Below are positions 1 to 12,079 of a stretch of 34,068 nucleotides of DNA, one piece after another (the first letter of the stretch is position 1; every line of letters starts with the position of its first letter). Where the stretch lies: positions 94,698,858-94,732,925 of the forward strand of contig NC_068982.1 of NCBI RefSeq assembly GCF_001194135.2, in the 5' to 3' direction. Position numbers and translations under genes: made by a program. The notes under the pieces are model-generated. The model was not told where the DNA came from. It made no database searches and saw nothing but the letters and a program-made list of their open reading frames with translations. This DNA comes from Octopus bimaculoides. Lineage: Eukaryota.

Positions 1-221
1 TATAAAAGTTGCTAGAAACAACAGCCAAATCTCCCTTAAATCACACAAAGTAAACGGAATTTAAAAAATCTAATTACTGCACTGGAAAGTTCAGATCGAG
101 AAAATTCCATTGATGTAAAATTTTTTACGAAAAAGTGGAAAATGTGGATTTCTATAAACATTCAAAAAGGCTTCACACAAACACACAATTTCAGATTTAT
201 ATATTAAGATATACATAAATA

Positions 222-1098
222 CTAGGTCTGATCAATAAGTATCCGGACTGCTACTATTGTAACGAAGATAAAGTAGAGTGAACTCTGATTGACCATGAAC
301 TCTGCTGGGCATGCGCGCTAAGTTTCAATGTTCTAGCTCACTGCTGCTGTTTACAGCAGTGCCTGAAAGAAGGTGTGTAGCGTGTGATCGTGTGTTTGAT
401 CATGGCAAAGAATGATGTCATGCCGATACCTGCTCAGAGGCCTACGCAAATTTGCAGAAAGTTTATGGAACGTAGTGTATGAGCCGCACACAAGCGTACG
501 AGTGGTTCATACGTTTCCAAGATGGTCGAAAATATGTTGATATTGACGGATGTTCTGGGAGACCATAACCAGCAGAACTGAGAAAAACATTGCACATGTG
601 TGTGCAGCTGAGAGGGGAAATCGTTGAATCACCGTCCGTGAGTTATCAGAGGATATGCAGATTAGTTACGGTTCAGTTCAGTTCATTATCACTGAAGATT
701 TGAGTATGGGACGCGTGTCTGTCAAGTTTGTGCCGAAGCTGCTTTCAGCTAACCAAAATGTCACACGAGTTTCAGTTGCACAATATCTCCTTGATTGTTT
801 CGAGAACGATGAAAAAGATTTGAAAGCTTTGCGTAGGCCATTCAGCATGTATCACCAAGCTTTTGGCAAAATTTGATGCAAATTTTCAGCTCAACTTTCC
901 CTGTCATTGTCAGTTCGTCGATCACACGCTACACACGTTCCTTCGAAGCACTGCTGTAAACAGCGGAAGTGATCTAGAACGTTAAAACTTAGTACGCATG
1001 CACAGCAAAGTTCGTGGTCAATCTGCGCCAAGTGGTTTTATTCTGCGGGCTTTAGCTTTGTTGCAGTAACAATTCTGATACTTACTGATCAGACAACG
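222..1098 (+). mobile_element. Internally deleted mariner (Tc1/mariner) element, about 877 bp, with long (about 170 bp) imperfect terminal inverted repeats and TA target-site duplication
   Basis: The left end TA|ctaggtctgatcaataagtatccgg (220-245) matches the reverse complement of the right end gatacttactgatcagacaacg|TA (1077-1100). Inverted similarity continues through gaccatgaactctgctgggcatgc...gctgtttacagcagtgc...gtgtgtagcgtgtgatc (about 222-390 vs 920-1098). Transposase N-terminal residues lie inside. Confidence 0.9.
479..760 (+). pseudogene. Mariner transposase N-terminal (HTH DNA-binding) remnant; catalytic domain absent
   Basis: Translation with stops and a frameshift gives MSRTQAYEWFIRFQDG...SGRP...ITVRELSEDMQISYGSVQFIITEDLSMGRVSVKFVPKLLS. 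KFVPKLL corresponds to the mariner WVPHEL linker. Confidence 0.85.
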
Positions 1099-1107
1099 TA
1101 TATATAA

Positions 1108-1170
1108 GTGTGTGTGTGTGTGTGTGTGTGTGTGCATGTGTGTGTGCGTGTGTGTACATACATACATACA

Positions 1171-1204
<34 letters not shown>

Positions 1205-1255
1205 CATACATACATACATACATATACACACATACATACATACATAAATACATAC
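1108..1255. repeat. Compound microsatellite (TG)n-(TACA)n
   Basis: Seen directly in the sequence. Confidence 0.95.
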
Positions 1256-1612
1256 AAATCAAAGAAAAAGAGGATATCTACGAGCAACTGCTTCGAAACC
1301 TCCAACTTCTATATTCAGACTATGAATTCATATTTATACCGATAATAATTGGAGCTCTAGGTTTTTTTTAGTAAATGCTTAAAGGAGAATCTGGATAAAC
1401 CGGGATTTTCAGAAAGAGAAATTGACCGGCTGATCCGTACATTACAAGTCCAATCTGTGAGTGGAACAGTAAAATTATGCAAGACTTTTCTCAAGTTCCA
1501 AATGCTAATTTGTTTTTTGTTAACTACACCCCAAAAATGGAGCCTTGTATCTTTGATGCAAACTGGTTCCCTCCTCACTGGAAGATTTATAATAATTAAA
1601 AAATAGAAGAGA
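1256..1612 (+). mobile_element. 5'-truncated non-LTR retrotransposon 3' end with restriction-like endonuclease C-terminus (R4/Dong-like group, lineage B)
   Basis: Encodes KIKEKEDIYEQLLRNLQLLYSDYEFIFIPIIIGALG, then after a frameshift KCLKENLDKPGFSEREIDRLIRTLQVQSVSGTVKLCKTFLKFQML*. The PIIIGALG motif is typical of RLE C-termini. Homologous to the copy at 31916-32660. Confidence 0.75.
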
Positions 1613-2004
1613 CATACATATATATATATATATGTATATAATTTTGGATCGCATCGAAAATGTTCTGTGGACATGTATTTTAATAATGTTGACAGAATTG
1701 TCGGTTTGTAAGGGGCTTTGTACAATGAACGATGTGATGTTTTCCATTCGTATTTTTGTTATGTGTGTGTGTGTGTGTAAATGCATGTATTAGACTATTG
1801 CATATTTGATTGTATATAGGGTAACGTATTAGTAAAATAATAAGGTCAGTAGGAAAATGAATGCGAGAATTTACCTTTCTATATTGAATTCTGTTTGGAA
1901 AATTACTGATATTTGTCAGCAGGAAATCTTGCTACCTGGGATTATTTTTAATTTACTTACTCCTTGTGAATACTCATTCTTCCAGTGTACTTCTAATGTA
2001 CGTT

Positions 2005-2230
2005 TCTGTGTGTGTGTGGGGGGGCGTGTGTCTGTGTGTGTGTGTGTGCGTGTGTGCATGAGCATGTGTGTATGCCTGCGCGCGCGTGCGTGTGTGTATG
2101 TGAGAGAGAGAGAAAGAGAGAGAGAGGGAGATAAAGGGAGACAATGAAAGAGAGTGAGAGAGGGTGTGTGTGTGTGTCTATGCATGTGTGTGCTTATGCA
2201 TGTGTGTGTTTATGCATGTGTGTGTTTCCT
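2005..2230. repeat. Compound (TG)n/(AG)n microsatellite region
   Basis: Seen directly in the sequence. Confidence 0.9.
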
Positions 2231-2622
2231 TGTCTATGTATGTACGCTTCTGCCTGTATCACTGCGCGTATGATCATGAATGACAATAGAGAAGCCACAT
2301 AGTGATGGTTTTGATGCTACTAAGACATATTTTAGTACTGAATTCACGTGTTCTGTGTTAATATATTATTCAAATCATCCCTCTCTGAAACGTGACTACT
2401 GAAAAAATATCTTTCTGTACTTACCTTAGATTTGTATCACTGGCAAAATGTATCATTTATAACTATATTAACATAATTTTCACTATTTTATATCTTGATC
2501 TACGTATTTCGCATATGAAGAGAATGAACTGAATGTTTGCACTTGATTTCTTCGGATATATTTGACATCTTGATATTCACGATTTATTCAAGTTATCTAG
2601 ACAGTGTTTTCACTCATCTCAG

Positions 2623-2720
2623 AAACTGAACAGAAAGAGCATACCAATGTCTTTCAAGGGTCGTTAATAATTCCTCGTACGACGTACAAGCAACAATATT
2701 ATATGTGCAATAACAGACAG
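2623..2720 (+). CDS. Candidate internal exon (phase 1 to 0) of an unidentified gene, TEQKEHTNVFQGSLIIPRTTYKQQYYMCNNRQ
   Basis: Acceptor gtttttcactcatctcag, open frame, donor cag|gtttgt. It is phase-compatible with the candidate exon at 2901-2931. No homology recognised. Confidence 0.2.
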
Positions 2721-2900
2721 GTTTGTAAAGCCTAACTGAAGGTCAAAGATTGTAGTTTACGCTTTAATATAATTTGGGAAAGATTTCATATTTTTCTTTG
2801 ATTGAAAATCAGTTTTAAAGATTCTGCGCTTCATATTTCATCACAGCTAACTAAATAAGTGCATTGCTCTACAACTTTGCGACCCTTTTTTCTTGCATAG

Positions 2901-2931
2901 GGCGGTTTTGTTTTCACCATGGCCACCGCAG
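2901..2931 (+). CDS. Candidate small exon (phase 0 to 1), GGFVFTMATA
   Basis: Strong acceptor cttttttcttgcatag and donor cag|gtagaa. It contains accATGg in a Kozak-like context. No homology recognised. Confidence 0.2.
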
Positions 2932-3299
2932 GTAGAAAAATTAAAGAAAAAGAAACAAGGAATAAGATTAAAGGCACTAGTTGTAACCCGAATAATACTA
3001 ATGAGATGGAGAAAATACAGAACTATATTTAAAGCGAGGATACAAAAGAATTAGTAACTAAACCGACTTTTGCAAGGGAATTTCGACCTGTACACTATTT
3101 CCTGCCTTTCTCATGTGCACACATATTCATGCACGCCCACGCTTATAACCACATGTATTTTTCACCCCACCCCCACAGAAAGTCCACTGCACCCTGTTTT
3201 TTTGATTTTACTGCATACTGATTATTGATTCGGACCAGCCGCTTAGCAGTCTGTTCATTACATACGCGCACGCTCACACACACATATGCATGTATGTAT

Positions 3300-3342
3300 G
3301 TACATAGTATTCATGTGTGTCTGTGTGTTTCTATGTGTGTGT

Positions 3343-3381
<39 letters not shown>

Positions 3382-3430
3382 TGTGTGTGCGCGTGTGTGT
3401 GCGCGTGTGTCTATGTCTATGTCTGTGTGT
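3300..3430. repeat. (TG)n-rich microsatellite
   Basis: Seen directly in the sequence. Confidence 0.9.
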
Positions 3431-3521
3431 AATTGGCTGATGACATACACCAGGTATACATGCTCGTCGGAATACTGTATTGTCATACGTATGAAATTTA
3501 TTGTAGCTGATATCTAAATCT

Positions 3522-3556
<35 letters not shown>

Positions 3557-4051
3557 NNNNNNNNNNNNNNNNNNNNNNNNNNNNNNNNNNNNNNNNNNNN
3601 NNNNNNNNNNNNNNNNNNNNNNNNNNNNNNNNNNNNNNNNNNNNNNNNNNNNNNNNNNNNNNNNNNNNNNNNNNNNNNNNNNNNNNNNNNNNNNNNNNNN
3701 NNNNNNNNNNNNNNNNNNNNNNNNNNNNNNNNNNNNNNNNNNNNNNNNNNNNNNNNNNNNNNNNNNNNNNNNNNNNNNNNNNNNNNNNNNNNNNNNNNNN
3801 NNNNNNNNNNNNNNNNNNNNNNNNNNNNNNNNNNNNNNNNNNNNNNNNNNNNNNNNNNNNNNNNNNNNNNNNNNNNNNNNNNNNNNNNNNNNNNNNNNNN
3901 NNNNNNNNNNNNNNNNNNNNNNNNNNNNNNNNNNNNNNNNNNNNNNNNNNNNNNNNNNNNNNNNNNNNNNNNNNNNNNNNNNNNNNNNNNNNNNNNNNNN
4001 NNNNNNNNNNNNNNNNNNNNNNNNNNNNNNNNNNNNNNNNNNNNNNNNNNN

Positions 4052-4090
<39 letters not shown>

Positions 4091-4877
4091 ATGCAAAAAA
4101 GTGTAATCGGAATTATTATCAAATGATCAGAGTGCCGTTGAGCAGACCTAAGTTTATGATTTCCTCATTAATTCAATATTGATATACCTACAAAAAAAAC
4201 TGTTCGTTTTGCAATTTTCGCAGCTTTTAAATTATCATATCCTTCTGAAAATATTTAGAACATTTTCTATGATTTATTCTGTCAATATAATGTGTCTCAA
4301 ACTGATCTCCTTGGGTTTTATATAATATATTTATGACCAAATGATGGACATGTGTTTGTCTAAGTGCTGGCTTGGCGCAGTACGACGTGTCAGTTGTGTT
4401 ATATTTCTTTAACTAATAATTTATATATGTGACAGATCAGGCAATTCCAGCTGCAACAAACCAATATATTTATGATGAATTACGTGTGATAGAATTAATC
4501 TTCAGGACAGAAAAACTCAATAATATTAAGGATATTAAACAAATTTTCTTATTTTGATTACTTTTTAACGATTATTCATAGTTAAGTCAAATTGATAAAC
4601 CGATTGGAAACATTTGATTAAAATAAGATTTCGTTTTCTATTTAATAATATACATTTAGTTTCTCAAGTTACATATCATTACCATGGTCCTAGATCAGAT
4701 TTGAACAACTATGACTTTAATCAAAGGCCTTCTAGTGGCAACCATTTCATCTTTTACAAACAACAGTGCGTCCACACTATCAAACATAGGACTTAATTTC
4801 ACTGATAATTTCTCAGAAGACGAGTGATCGCGTGTGATCCACTCGTTGGTTTGACTATACTATATTATATGAAATAT

Positions 4878-5080
4878 TGGTTTCAAATTTGATCACAAGG
4901 CCAGCAGATGAATACTGGGTCGATTACATCGATCCCAGGCTCATTTGGTATTTCTTTTATTCACCCCAAAAAATTGAATGGCAAACCCAACCTCGGTGGA
5001 ATATGAACTCAGAACGTAGAGACGGACAAAATGCTTAGCGGCATTTTGTCCGGGATAACGATTCTGCCGAATCGCCACCT
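4878..5080 (-). mobile_element. tRNA-derived SINE, family 1 (octopus OR-type-like), degenerate
   Basis: The minus strand begins aggtggcgattcggcagaatcg (A-box-like) and continues to gagttcatattcc (B-box-like). It is colinear with the copies at 7684-7904 and 23180-23300. Confidence 0.8.
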
Positions 5081-5639
5081 CAGTGTTATGAAAAATTAGA
5101 AATTAGACGAATCAATAGACAACAGACAGCCATAACCGACGAGAAGAATTCACGCCAGTTTGTTTGACCTGCTAAAATTAATAAACAAAATTCTCTTAAA
5201 CCAAATGATGGCAACATAAAAGAACATTTGATAATGAGGTTCAAGATGCATTAGCTAGAACACATTTGATCATTAGTTTGCTTAGTCAGGGATAACCTGG
5301 AACCAGCCAAACAGTTAGTGTTTGACGACTTGTAACCCACCGGGTTTGTAGTTTGCTACTTGTTGACACAGAATTTCTATTGGTTCAATTCTACTGGTGG
5401 TGCATAAATGCCATAAAATATTAGCCGTCTGAATATATTGCACATTTTTTCTTTGTGCTTAACAACAATGAGTTGATAAAGATGTTTCATTTCACTGGCT
5501 CTTGTCCAAAATGAGACTGCACAACACATCTCTTTATAACTAACTGAATCATACTGCTACTATTTTAATGTCACTAAGCAACCACTTTAATATCAATTAA
5601 ATCTCAGAATATATATATATGTATACCGAGACAGAGAGT

Positions 5640-5651
5640 GGGAGAGGGAGA

Positions 5652-5691
<40 letters not shown>

Positions 5692-5700
5692 AAGAGAGAA
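5640..5700. repeat. (AG)n microsatellite
   Basis: Seen directly in the sequence. Confidence 0.95.
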
Positions 5701-6200
5701 TAAAATCTATTTGCCAACGTAGATTGGCAGTCCTGATTAGGACGATGTTACTACCTTTTTTAGCCTCAGGAAAACATCTTTTCCAGCTTGACTACCGACG
5801 CACAACTTAAGTCTCGAACAAAGGAACTAATATCTCCACTCAGCCTTAAAAGGTACCTGCGGACCATGATTTTTGGGTTATTTTGCTTCATCGGCACAGC
5901 TTAACCGTTGGCTAGAGATTGCAGCATTAGACCTTTTTCGAGGTATATACCTTTAAAATGACACACAGTTACTGATCTCTTAAAGAGGAAAACAGTTTTA
6001 AATCTCTGAGCGAGAAATGAGTAGTAACAGTACTACAGAGTAAAATCTATTTGCTAACGTAATTTGGCAGTCCTAATTAGGACGATGTTACTACCTTTTT
6101 TTTTAGTTCCAGGTGAGCATCTTTTTCCAGCTAGCTACAAACGCACAACTGCGTCCTTATACTTCGAACAAGGGTGTTAATGTGTCCACTCAGCCGTAAA
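5701..6200 (+). repeat. Diverged direct repeat of about 150-160 bp (5701-5850 and 6041-6200), offset 340 bp
   Basis: Both copies start taaaatctatttgc(c/t)aacgta and share ggcagtcct(g/a)attaggacgatgttactaccttttt...ttttccagct...acgcacaact...tcgaacaa...tccactcagcc(t/g)taaa. Confidence 0.9.
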
Positions 6201-6218
6201 CAAATAAATAAATATATA

Positions 6219-6952
6219 TGTGTATGTATGTATATATGTAAATATGTATGTATGCCCAGATTTGCGTCAAGGTATTTCTTCCAACAGAATTGAGAAAATT
6301 TGTGCTTTCTGTCAGTAGTCTAATTCAGCGACAAGCAAAATATAAAACATATCGACATATCGCGATGAAGAAAATGCCATATTCTTTTAATTAAGAACTT
6401 CTATAAAAAATTAANNNNNNNNNNNNNNNNNNNNNNNNNNNNNNNNNNNNNNNNNNNNNNNNNNNNNNNNNNNNNNNNNNNNNNNNNNNNNNNNNNNNNN
6501 NNNNNNNNNNNNNNNNNNNNNNNNNNNNNNNNNNNNNNNNNNNNNNNNNNNNNNNNNNNNNNNNNNNNNNNNNNNNNNNNNNNNNNNNNNNNNNNNNNNN
6601 NNNNNNNNNNNNNNNNNNNNNNNNNNNNNNNNNNNNNNNNNNNNNNNNNNNNNNNNNNNNNNNNNNNNNNNNNNNNNNNNNNNNNNNNNNNNNNNNNNNN
6701 NNNNNNNNNNNNNNNNNNNNNNNNNNNNNNNNNNNNNNNNNNNNNNNNNNNNNNNNNNNNNATGTACATATATACGACAGCTTTCTTTCAGTTTCCGTCT
6801 ACCAAATGCACTCACCAGGCTTTGGTCGGCTCGAGGTTATAGTAGAAAACACTTGCCCAAGGTACCTCGCAGCGGGACTGAACCCGAAACCATGTGGTAG
6901 TTAAGCAAGCTACTTACCACACAGCCACTTCTACGCCTACATACATATGTGT

Positions 6953-6998
<46 letters not shown>

Positions 6999-7221
6999 AT
7001 CTATATATATATGTGTGTGTGGGTGTGTGTATGTATGTATATATGTAAATATGTATGTATGCCCAGATTTGCGTCAAGGTATTTCTTCCAACAGAATTGA
7101 GAAAATTTGTGCTTTCTGTCAGTAGTCTAATTCAGCGACAAGCAAAATATAAAACATATCGACATATCGCGATGAAGAAAATGCCATATTCTTTTAATTA
7201 AGAACTTCTATAAAAAATTAA
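6219..7221 (+). repeat. Identical 196-bp duplication across a gap (6219-6414 = 7026-7221); probable haplotype or assembly redundancy
   Basis: No mismatch seen from tgtgtatgtatgtatatatgtaaat to ctataaaaaattaa. The first copy ends exactly at the gap. Confidence 0.9.
6774..6938 (-). mobile_element. tRNA-derived SINE, family 2 (octopus OK-type-like); 5' half, remainder probably in the gap
   Basis: The minus strand reads aggcgtagaagtggctgtgtggtaagtagcttgc...gggttcagtcc, with an A-box (TGGCTGTGTGG) and B-box (GGTTCAGTCC). It is colinear with 18577-18750 and 33574-33727. Confidence 0.85.
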
Positions 7222-7683
7222 CGGCGACTAATATGTAGAAACACTTTCCAAAATAATTAAGTCGGAAACAAGAAAGTCTAACAAAATTGTTTGGGGAGAA
7301 GCAATGAAAAGGATCACTGATTGAATATATATATTGGTCCTTGATTGATAAATACAAACCACAAATGAAAAATATTGAATATATCGAAATTCTTGATGCA
7401 AGCGGTGCTGATTAAAATGTCTACAATACTTGAATGATGATAAGTTATTTTATCAGTCCTTGAAGTATGAAACACAAAATGTAAAGCGTCGTAATTAAAG
7501 ACCGCAAAGCATATTGTGCAGTGTGCTAACCTACTATGCCATTCTTTGTTCACAAAATAATTAAAAGACGCTAATACAGACAGAAATATAGTAATACAAT
7601 GTGACAGATGAGATTTTCAATAATTAGATAAACAGGAAGCAAATTTAGGAAGAAAGAAAGAAAAAAAAATTCAGAAGTGAAAT

Positions 7684-7904
7684 AATGGTTTCAAATTTTG
7701 GCAGAAGGTCAGTTACTCCGACAGAAGGGAGGTTCGATTAAACTAGTCTCAATGCTCAACTAAATACTCGTGTTATCGTCCCCGCAAAGATGAAAGACGA
7801 AGTTGACATTGGAGGAATTTGAACTCAGAACGGAAAGGCGAATGAAATACCGCTAATCTATTTCCTTATTCGGCGTGCTAACGATTCTGCCAGCTCGCTG
7901 CCTT
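7684..7904 (-). mobile_element. tRNA-derived SINE, family 1
   Basis: The minus strand reads aaggcagcgagctggcagaatcgttagcacgccg...ctgagttcaaattcc (A and B boxes). It aligns with 4878-5080. Confidence 0.85.
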
Positions 7905-9096
7905 AGCAGATGTGAAATGATATAACTAAATAAATAATAAATAATAATATAAATGTAAATCAATGTAGCAAACACCAACAAGATGTGTGGTGAGTCAGCA
8001 GCACAATTAGATACAGGACATTTCCTTATCTAAAATTGTAATAGATTCCACTTCTAAATAGGTAGAAAGTTTAATACTATCAGGGGAATAATAATGTAGG
8101 AGGATTCCTAAGGCCGATATGTGATTCATATCAAGACTTCTACCAAAGCATTTTATTTATTTCTCCATATTGTTTTCTCTTGAGATATCTTCCGCATATT
8201 TTAGTACTGTTTTATATGTTCCCTTCTTTCCTTTGGCTGTGTCGGCATTATGTCTGGTCTACTGCTATTTCTAATGTTGTTTCAATGGTATCTGCAAACC
8301 TTCGTTCTACACAGGATTGAAGTACAATTTGAAAATCCAATGCATTATCAGCTTGCTTATTTCTCTTGTACAATTGTTAGAATGAATGAGGTAACATAGA
8401 TATATTCCAGTGAAACGTTATTGATCTGAATACGCCCATTCACATATACATGTTTAATTTAGTTGTGATTTAAAAAAAAATGCCTATTTGTTAGAGTTTA
8501 ATCAGATGCTGTAAGTATATTTTCAGCAGGGTTTTAAAATTCTAACATTTCAAATTAATTATACCCGTGTTTTTACGATTTCTTTTTAAAGGTTGAAGCA
8601 CGTATTTAGATAATATAGCATACAAATGATTCATGGTATATTACACAATTGAAGGATACGGTTAGAAAATAACGCTTCAGCTGAATTCAATAAATGTTAA
8701 GCATTGAACATAAAATAAACGTTTAAATAAAAAACAAAATCTGGACACAATTGATATTAAAGCTATAAAAAACATCTAAATAATAAATTGGAAGTGAAAT
8801 TAATTGAAAATATAGGATGAAAAGAAAGAGAAGCAACAAATGTTAAAATTGATAATGATAAATTATATTAACTAGTTAAACAGAGAAATAACTTTATAGA
8901 CCGAGATTTGTTATTAAACAGCTGAAAATATAGTAAGAGAATAATTTAAATGTGATTGGTATAAAGTGCAAAAGCGAAGAAGATGATTTTAAATTAGTAA
9001 AGATATAAAGGTTTGATGTTGTACTTCAGTTAGTTCAGTAACTCACAATTCTGAGACTAAACAACAGCAAGTTTCATTTGAGTTTTCTTTCAACAG

Positions 9097-9183
9097 GAGC
9101 CAATGGTGAATTCTATTGACACCAAAATACTTCTGTTCCGTGTCAAGAAGTCTCTATATAACAATCAGGCCAATGAAAAAAAC
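9097..9183 (+). CDS. Candidate 87-bp symmetric (phase 0-0) exon, EPMVNSIDTKILLFRVKKSLYNNQANEKN
   Basis: Acceptor gttttctttcaacag, 29 open codons, donor aac|gtaaat. No homology recognised. Confidence 0.2.
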
Positions 9184-9838
9184 GTAAATTATAAAAAATA
9201 TCCGCAAACTCTTAAAGATTCTTGAGAGATAAACGTGAAATTTGCTCATTGTGATTAATATTCGCGAATTGCTATATGGAAATTAACTATCGTTAAATGT
9301 CAAAGGTTAAATGACAAACGTTTAGAAAAACTCGTTACAAATAGCTGTTAATTATTTGAGAGAACTGCAAAATACCGTTAAACAGTGACCATCGAAATGA
9401 AGAAAACAGAAGCTTAATTATACGTTAACATTGTCAAAGAAATTGATCCATGTTCAGGAAATTAATATAGAAATTGGGTATTTGTGTGATTTTAAGTGAA
9501 TGAATGAAAGTGAAAGCGAATTAGTGCATGTTTGATTATGAAAATAAAATTTTAAAAAATGAGGACTTTCGAAGATTAAATAGTGTTCTTAAAATTTTAT
9601 TTGAATACTATGCACATTGTTGTATAGACAGTACTTTGTCATATAGACAGTACTTATGAAGTATTCATAGAAAAACTGCAGTAGTGCATTCTGTCTTTAC
9701 CTTCTGCTATGTGTACAATATCATTCCTTCATTTTCAGTTTATACACTTATATCTATATTTTAATATTTGAACCGAAAATAATCAAACATTGTCAAAACA
9801 GAAAAAAAAAGATTTGTGTTCACCGAGAGATACCCTCA

Positions 9839-9841
<3 letters not shown>

Positions 9842-9924
<83 letters not shown>

Positions 9925-9945
9925 AAGAGAGAGCTAGAGAGAGAG
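9842..9945. repeat. (AG)n microsatellite
   Basis: Seen directly in the sequence. Confidence 0.95.
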
Positions 9946-9974
9946 GTATAGTATTTGAAGCGAATGTAAAGGTC

Positions 9975-10420
9975 ATTGTTGACGTTCATGAATTTTGTAG
10001 GTATTAAAATTTCCTGGTATTATCTGATGGCTACGTTCCTAATGGATGATGTTTATGAGGTCTCTGTTCAGGGAATCAATTTAAATATGCTACGACGTGT
10101 CTGAGCTATATGTTCATGACATTAGTATTCAGAAGGTTAGAGATGAATGAAGGGTGCTATCATACGCATCGGCGAGAGAGCTGTATGGGTTGATAGTTGT
10201 CGTTCGTTGCTGAATAGGAAGAAGAGTGTAGGTTACAAAACCAAATCTTGGAACACACCAGGCCTGTTGTAGTTTAGAACAATGAAAGCTCCCTCAGTTC
10301 ATGTAATTATAGAAGGAAGTTACCAGTCCAACCTAAAGACCAGAGTTCCATATTGAACACTTATAAGAATATTTTTGTCGGGGGTTCGCATGTAAACTGC
10401 GTTCGAGTGTTTCACTGATA
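9975..10420 (-). pseudogene. Highly degenerate LINE reverse-transcriptase fragment (CR1/L2/Jockey group)
   Basis: Minus-strand translation across frameshifts gives PGVFQDLVL*PTLFFLF (cf. GVPQGSVLGPTLFLLF), TINP...DSTLHSS (cf. YADDSTL) and SLNRDLINIIH*...FNTYKI (cf. LNxDLxxIxxW...FNxxKT), in the expected order and spacing. Confidence 0.6.
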
Positions 10421-11202
10421 ACTATTTCAGTAACAATAATTTCATAATTTTTCGAAAGACAAGGTCCAGTGGTAGATTACACACGCGCACACACTCACAC
10501 ACACACACACATACACACGCGCGCGCATACACAAATACAAACACACAGAGGCACCCACGCACACTGAGGCGAGATATTCAGATAGAGTTACTGATGTGTT
10601 TGGCAAAGATAAGTGCTAGGCCTTGCAAGTTTTGTTTGGGACCATTTTGAAAGGGGTCCGTTAGAACCAGTAACTCTTGCGGTTTTGGACTTCACCGAAG
10701 TGTTTTCACACAAGTCGTAGATATGTTCATAATGGTGAACCTGGCGAAACGGAGAAAGATAATTCTGGAGAACATTTACATTGCGTGTGTAGAATGAACC
10801 TCGATAGAAAGATATGGTTAAATACGAAAGCTTTCATCGTAATTTATTGCAATTATCACTTTACTGTATGTAGAGTCATATCTTTTCCCTGATATTAAAG
10901 TTCTTAAGTTAGTTTCGGTGTATGAAGGTACCTCTTACTGTCTGATTTTGTATTGACAAAGATATTTGATTTAGGAATCACGGATGATTTGCTCACGGAG
11001 TATAGATTATATAAACTTTAACGAAACGCATTTTGCCGACAGCTGGCAATGCACCAGTTAATTGCACAATTTTTATAGAGTAAGCTGCAGTTAGAAATTG
11101 CTGTACATATGTGTATATGTGTGTGTTTGTGTGTATTTACATATATACATACGTACATACATATATATATATATATAAATATAAATATATATATATGTGT
11201 GT

Positions 11203-11255
<53 letters not shown>

Positions 11256-12079
11256 NNNNNNNNNNNNNNNNNNNNNNNNNNNNNNNNNNNNNNNNNNNNN
11301 NNNNNNNNNNNNNNNNNNNNNNNNNNNNNNNNNNNNNNNNNNNNNNNNNNNNNNNNNNNNNNNNNNNNNNNNNNNNNNNNNNNNNNNNNNNNNNNNNNNN
11401 NNNNNNNNNNNNNNNNNNNNNNNNNNNNNNNNNNNNNNNNNNNNNNNNNNNNNNNNNNNNNNNNNNNNNNNNNNNNNNNNNNNNNNNNNNNNNNNNNNNN
11501 NNNNNNNNNNNNNNNNNNNNNNNNNNNNNNNNNNNNNNNNNNNNNNNNNNNNNNNNNNNNNNNNNNNNNNNNNNNNNNNNNNNNNNNNNNNNNNNNNNNN
11601 NNNNNNNNNNNNNNNNNNNNNNNNNNNNNNNNNNNNNNNNNNNNNNNNNNNNNNNNNNNNNNNNNNNNNNNNNNNNNNNNNNNNNNNNNNNNNNNNNNNN
11701 NNNNNNNNNNNNNNNNNNNNNNNNNNNNNNNNNNNNNNNNNNNNNNNNNNNNNNNNNNNNNNNNNNNNNNNNNNNNNNNNNNNNNNNNNNNNNNNNNNNN
11801 NNNNNNNNNNNNNNNNNNNNNNTGTGTGTGTGTGTGTGTGTGTGTGTGTATAGATGTGTGTGCGTGCGTATACAACCTTCACCAAATTAACAGTCATGCA
11901 TACAACTTGAACAGACACATGTCAGTACATAAACATACGTTCACATGTACATACACATGTACATACACACAGACACGTACACACTTACCACTTACCTAAA
12001 TACTCACGTACATACATTAGTACATACGTAATACTTACATACATACATAAATACGTACATATATATCATGAACTAAATT

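Noticed and set aside
2425-2625. Minus-strand segment with a strong acceptor (ctctttctgttcag) and donor (aag|gtaagt)
   Set aside because: All three frames contain stops. It could be non-coding, but nothing else supports it.
3436-3480. ctgatgac...gtcggaatac hammerhead-like string
   Set aside because: GAAA and helix III are not properly formed, and no PLE coding sequence lies nearby.
4811-4850. Hairpin cgagtg...cactcg preceded by cagaaga, resembling hammerhead helix II or a Helitron 3' hairpin
   Set aside because: No GAAA follows the stem, the core is mismatched, and there is no CTRR terminus.
6774-6938. tRNA gene call for regions with A and B boxes (also 7684-7904 and 33574-33727)
   Set aside because: There is no complete cloverleaf, and the boxes belong to multi-copy SINE heads.
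7260-7500. Weak Tc1 transposase-like words (IVWG, MKNIEYIEILD)
   Set aside because: No DDE motif, TIR or consistent frame could be recovered.
8090-8400. Possible degenerate RT on the minus strand
   Set aside because: No conserved motif could be aligned convincingly.
10677-10800. LAVLDFTEVF and IILENIY resemble RT motifs of RTE/CR1 elements
   Set aside because: Only two short, weak matches in different frames, which is consistent with chance.
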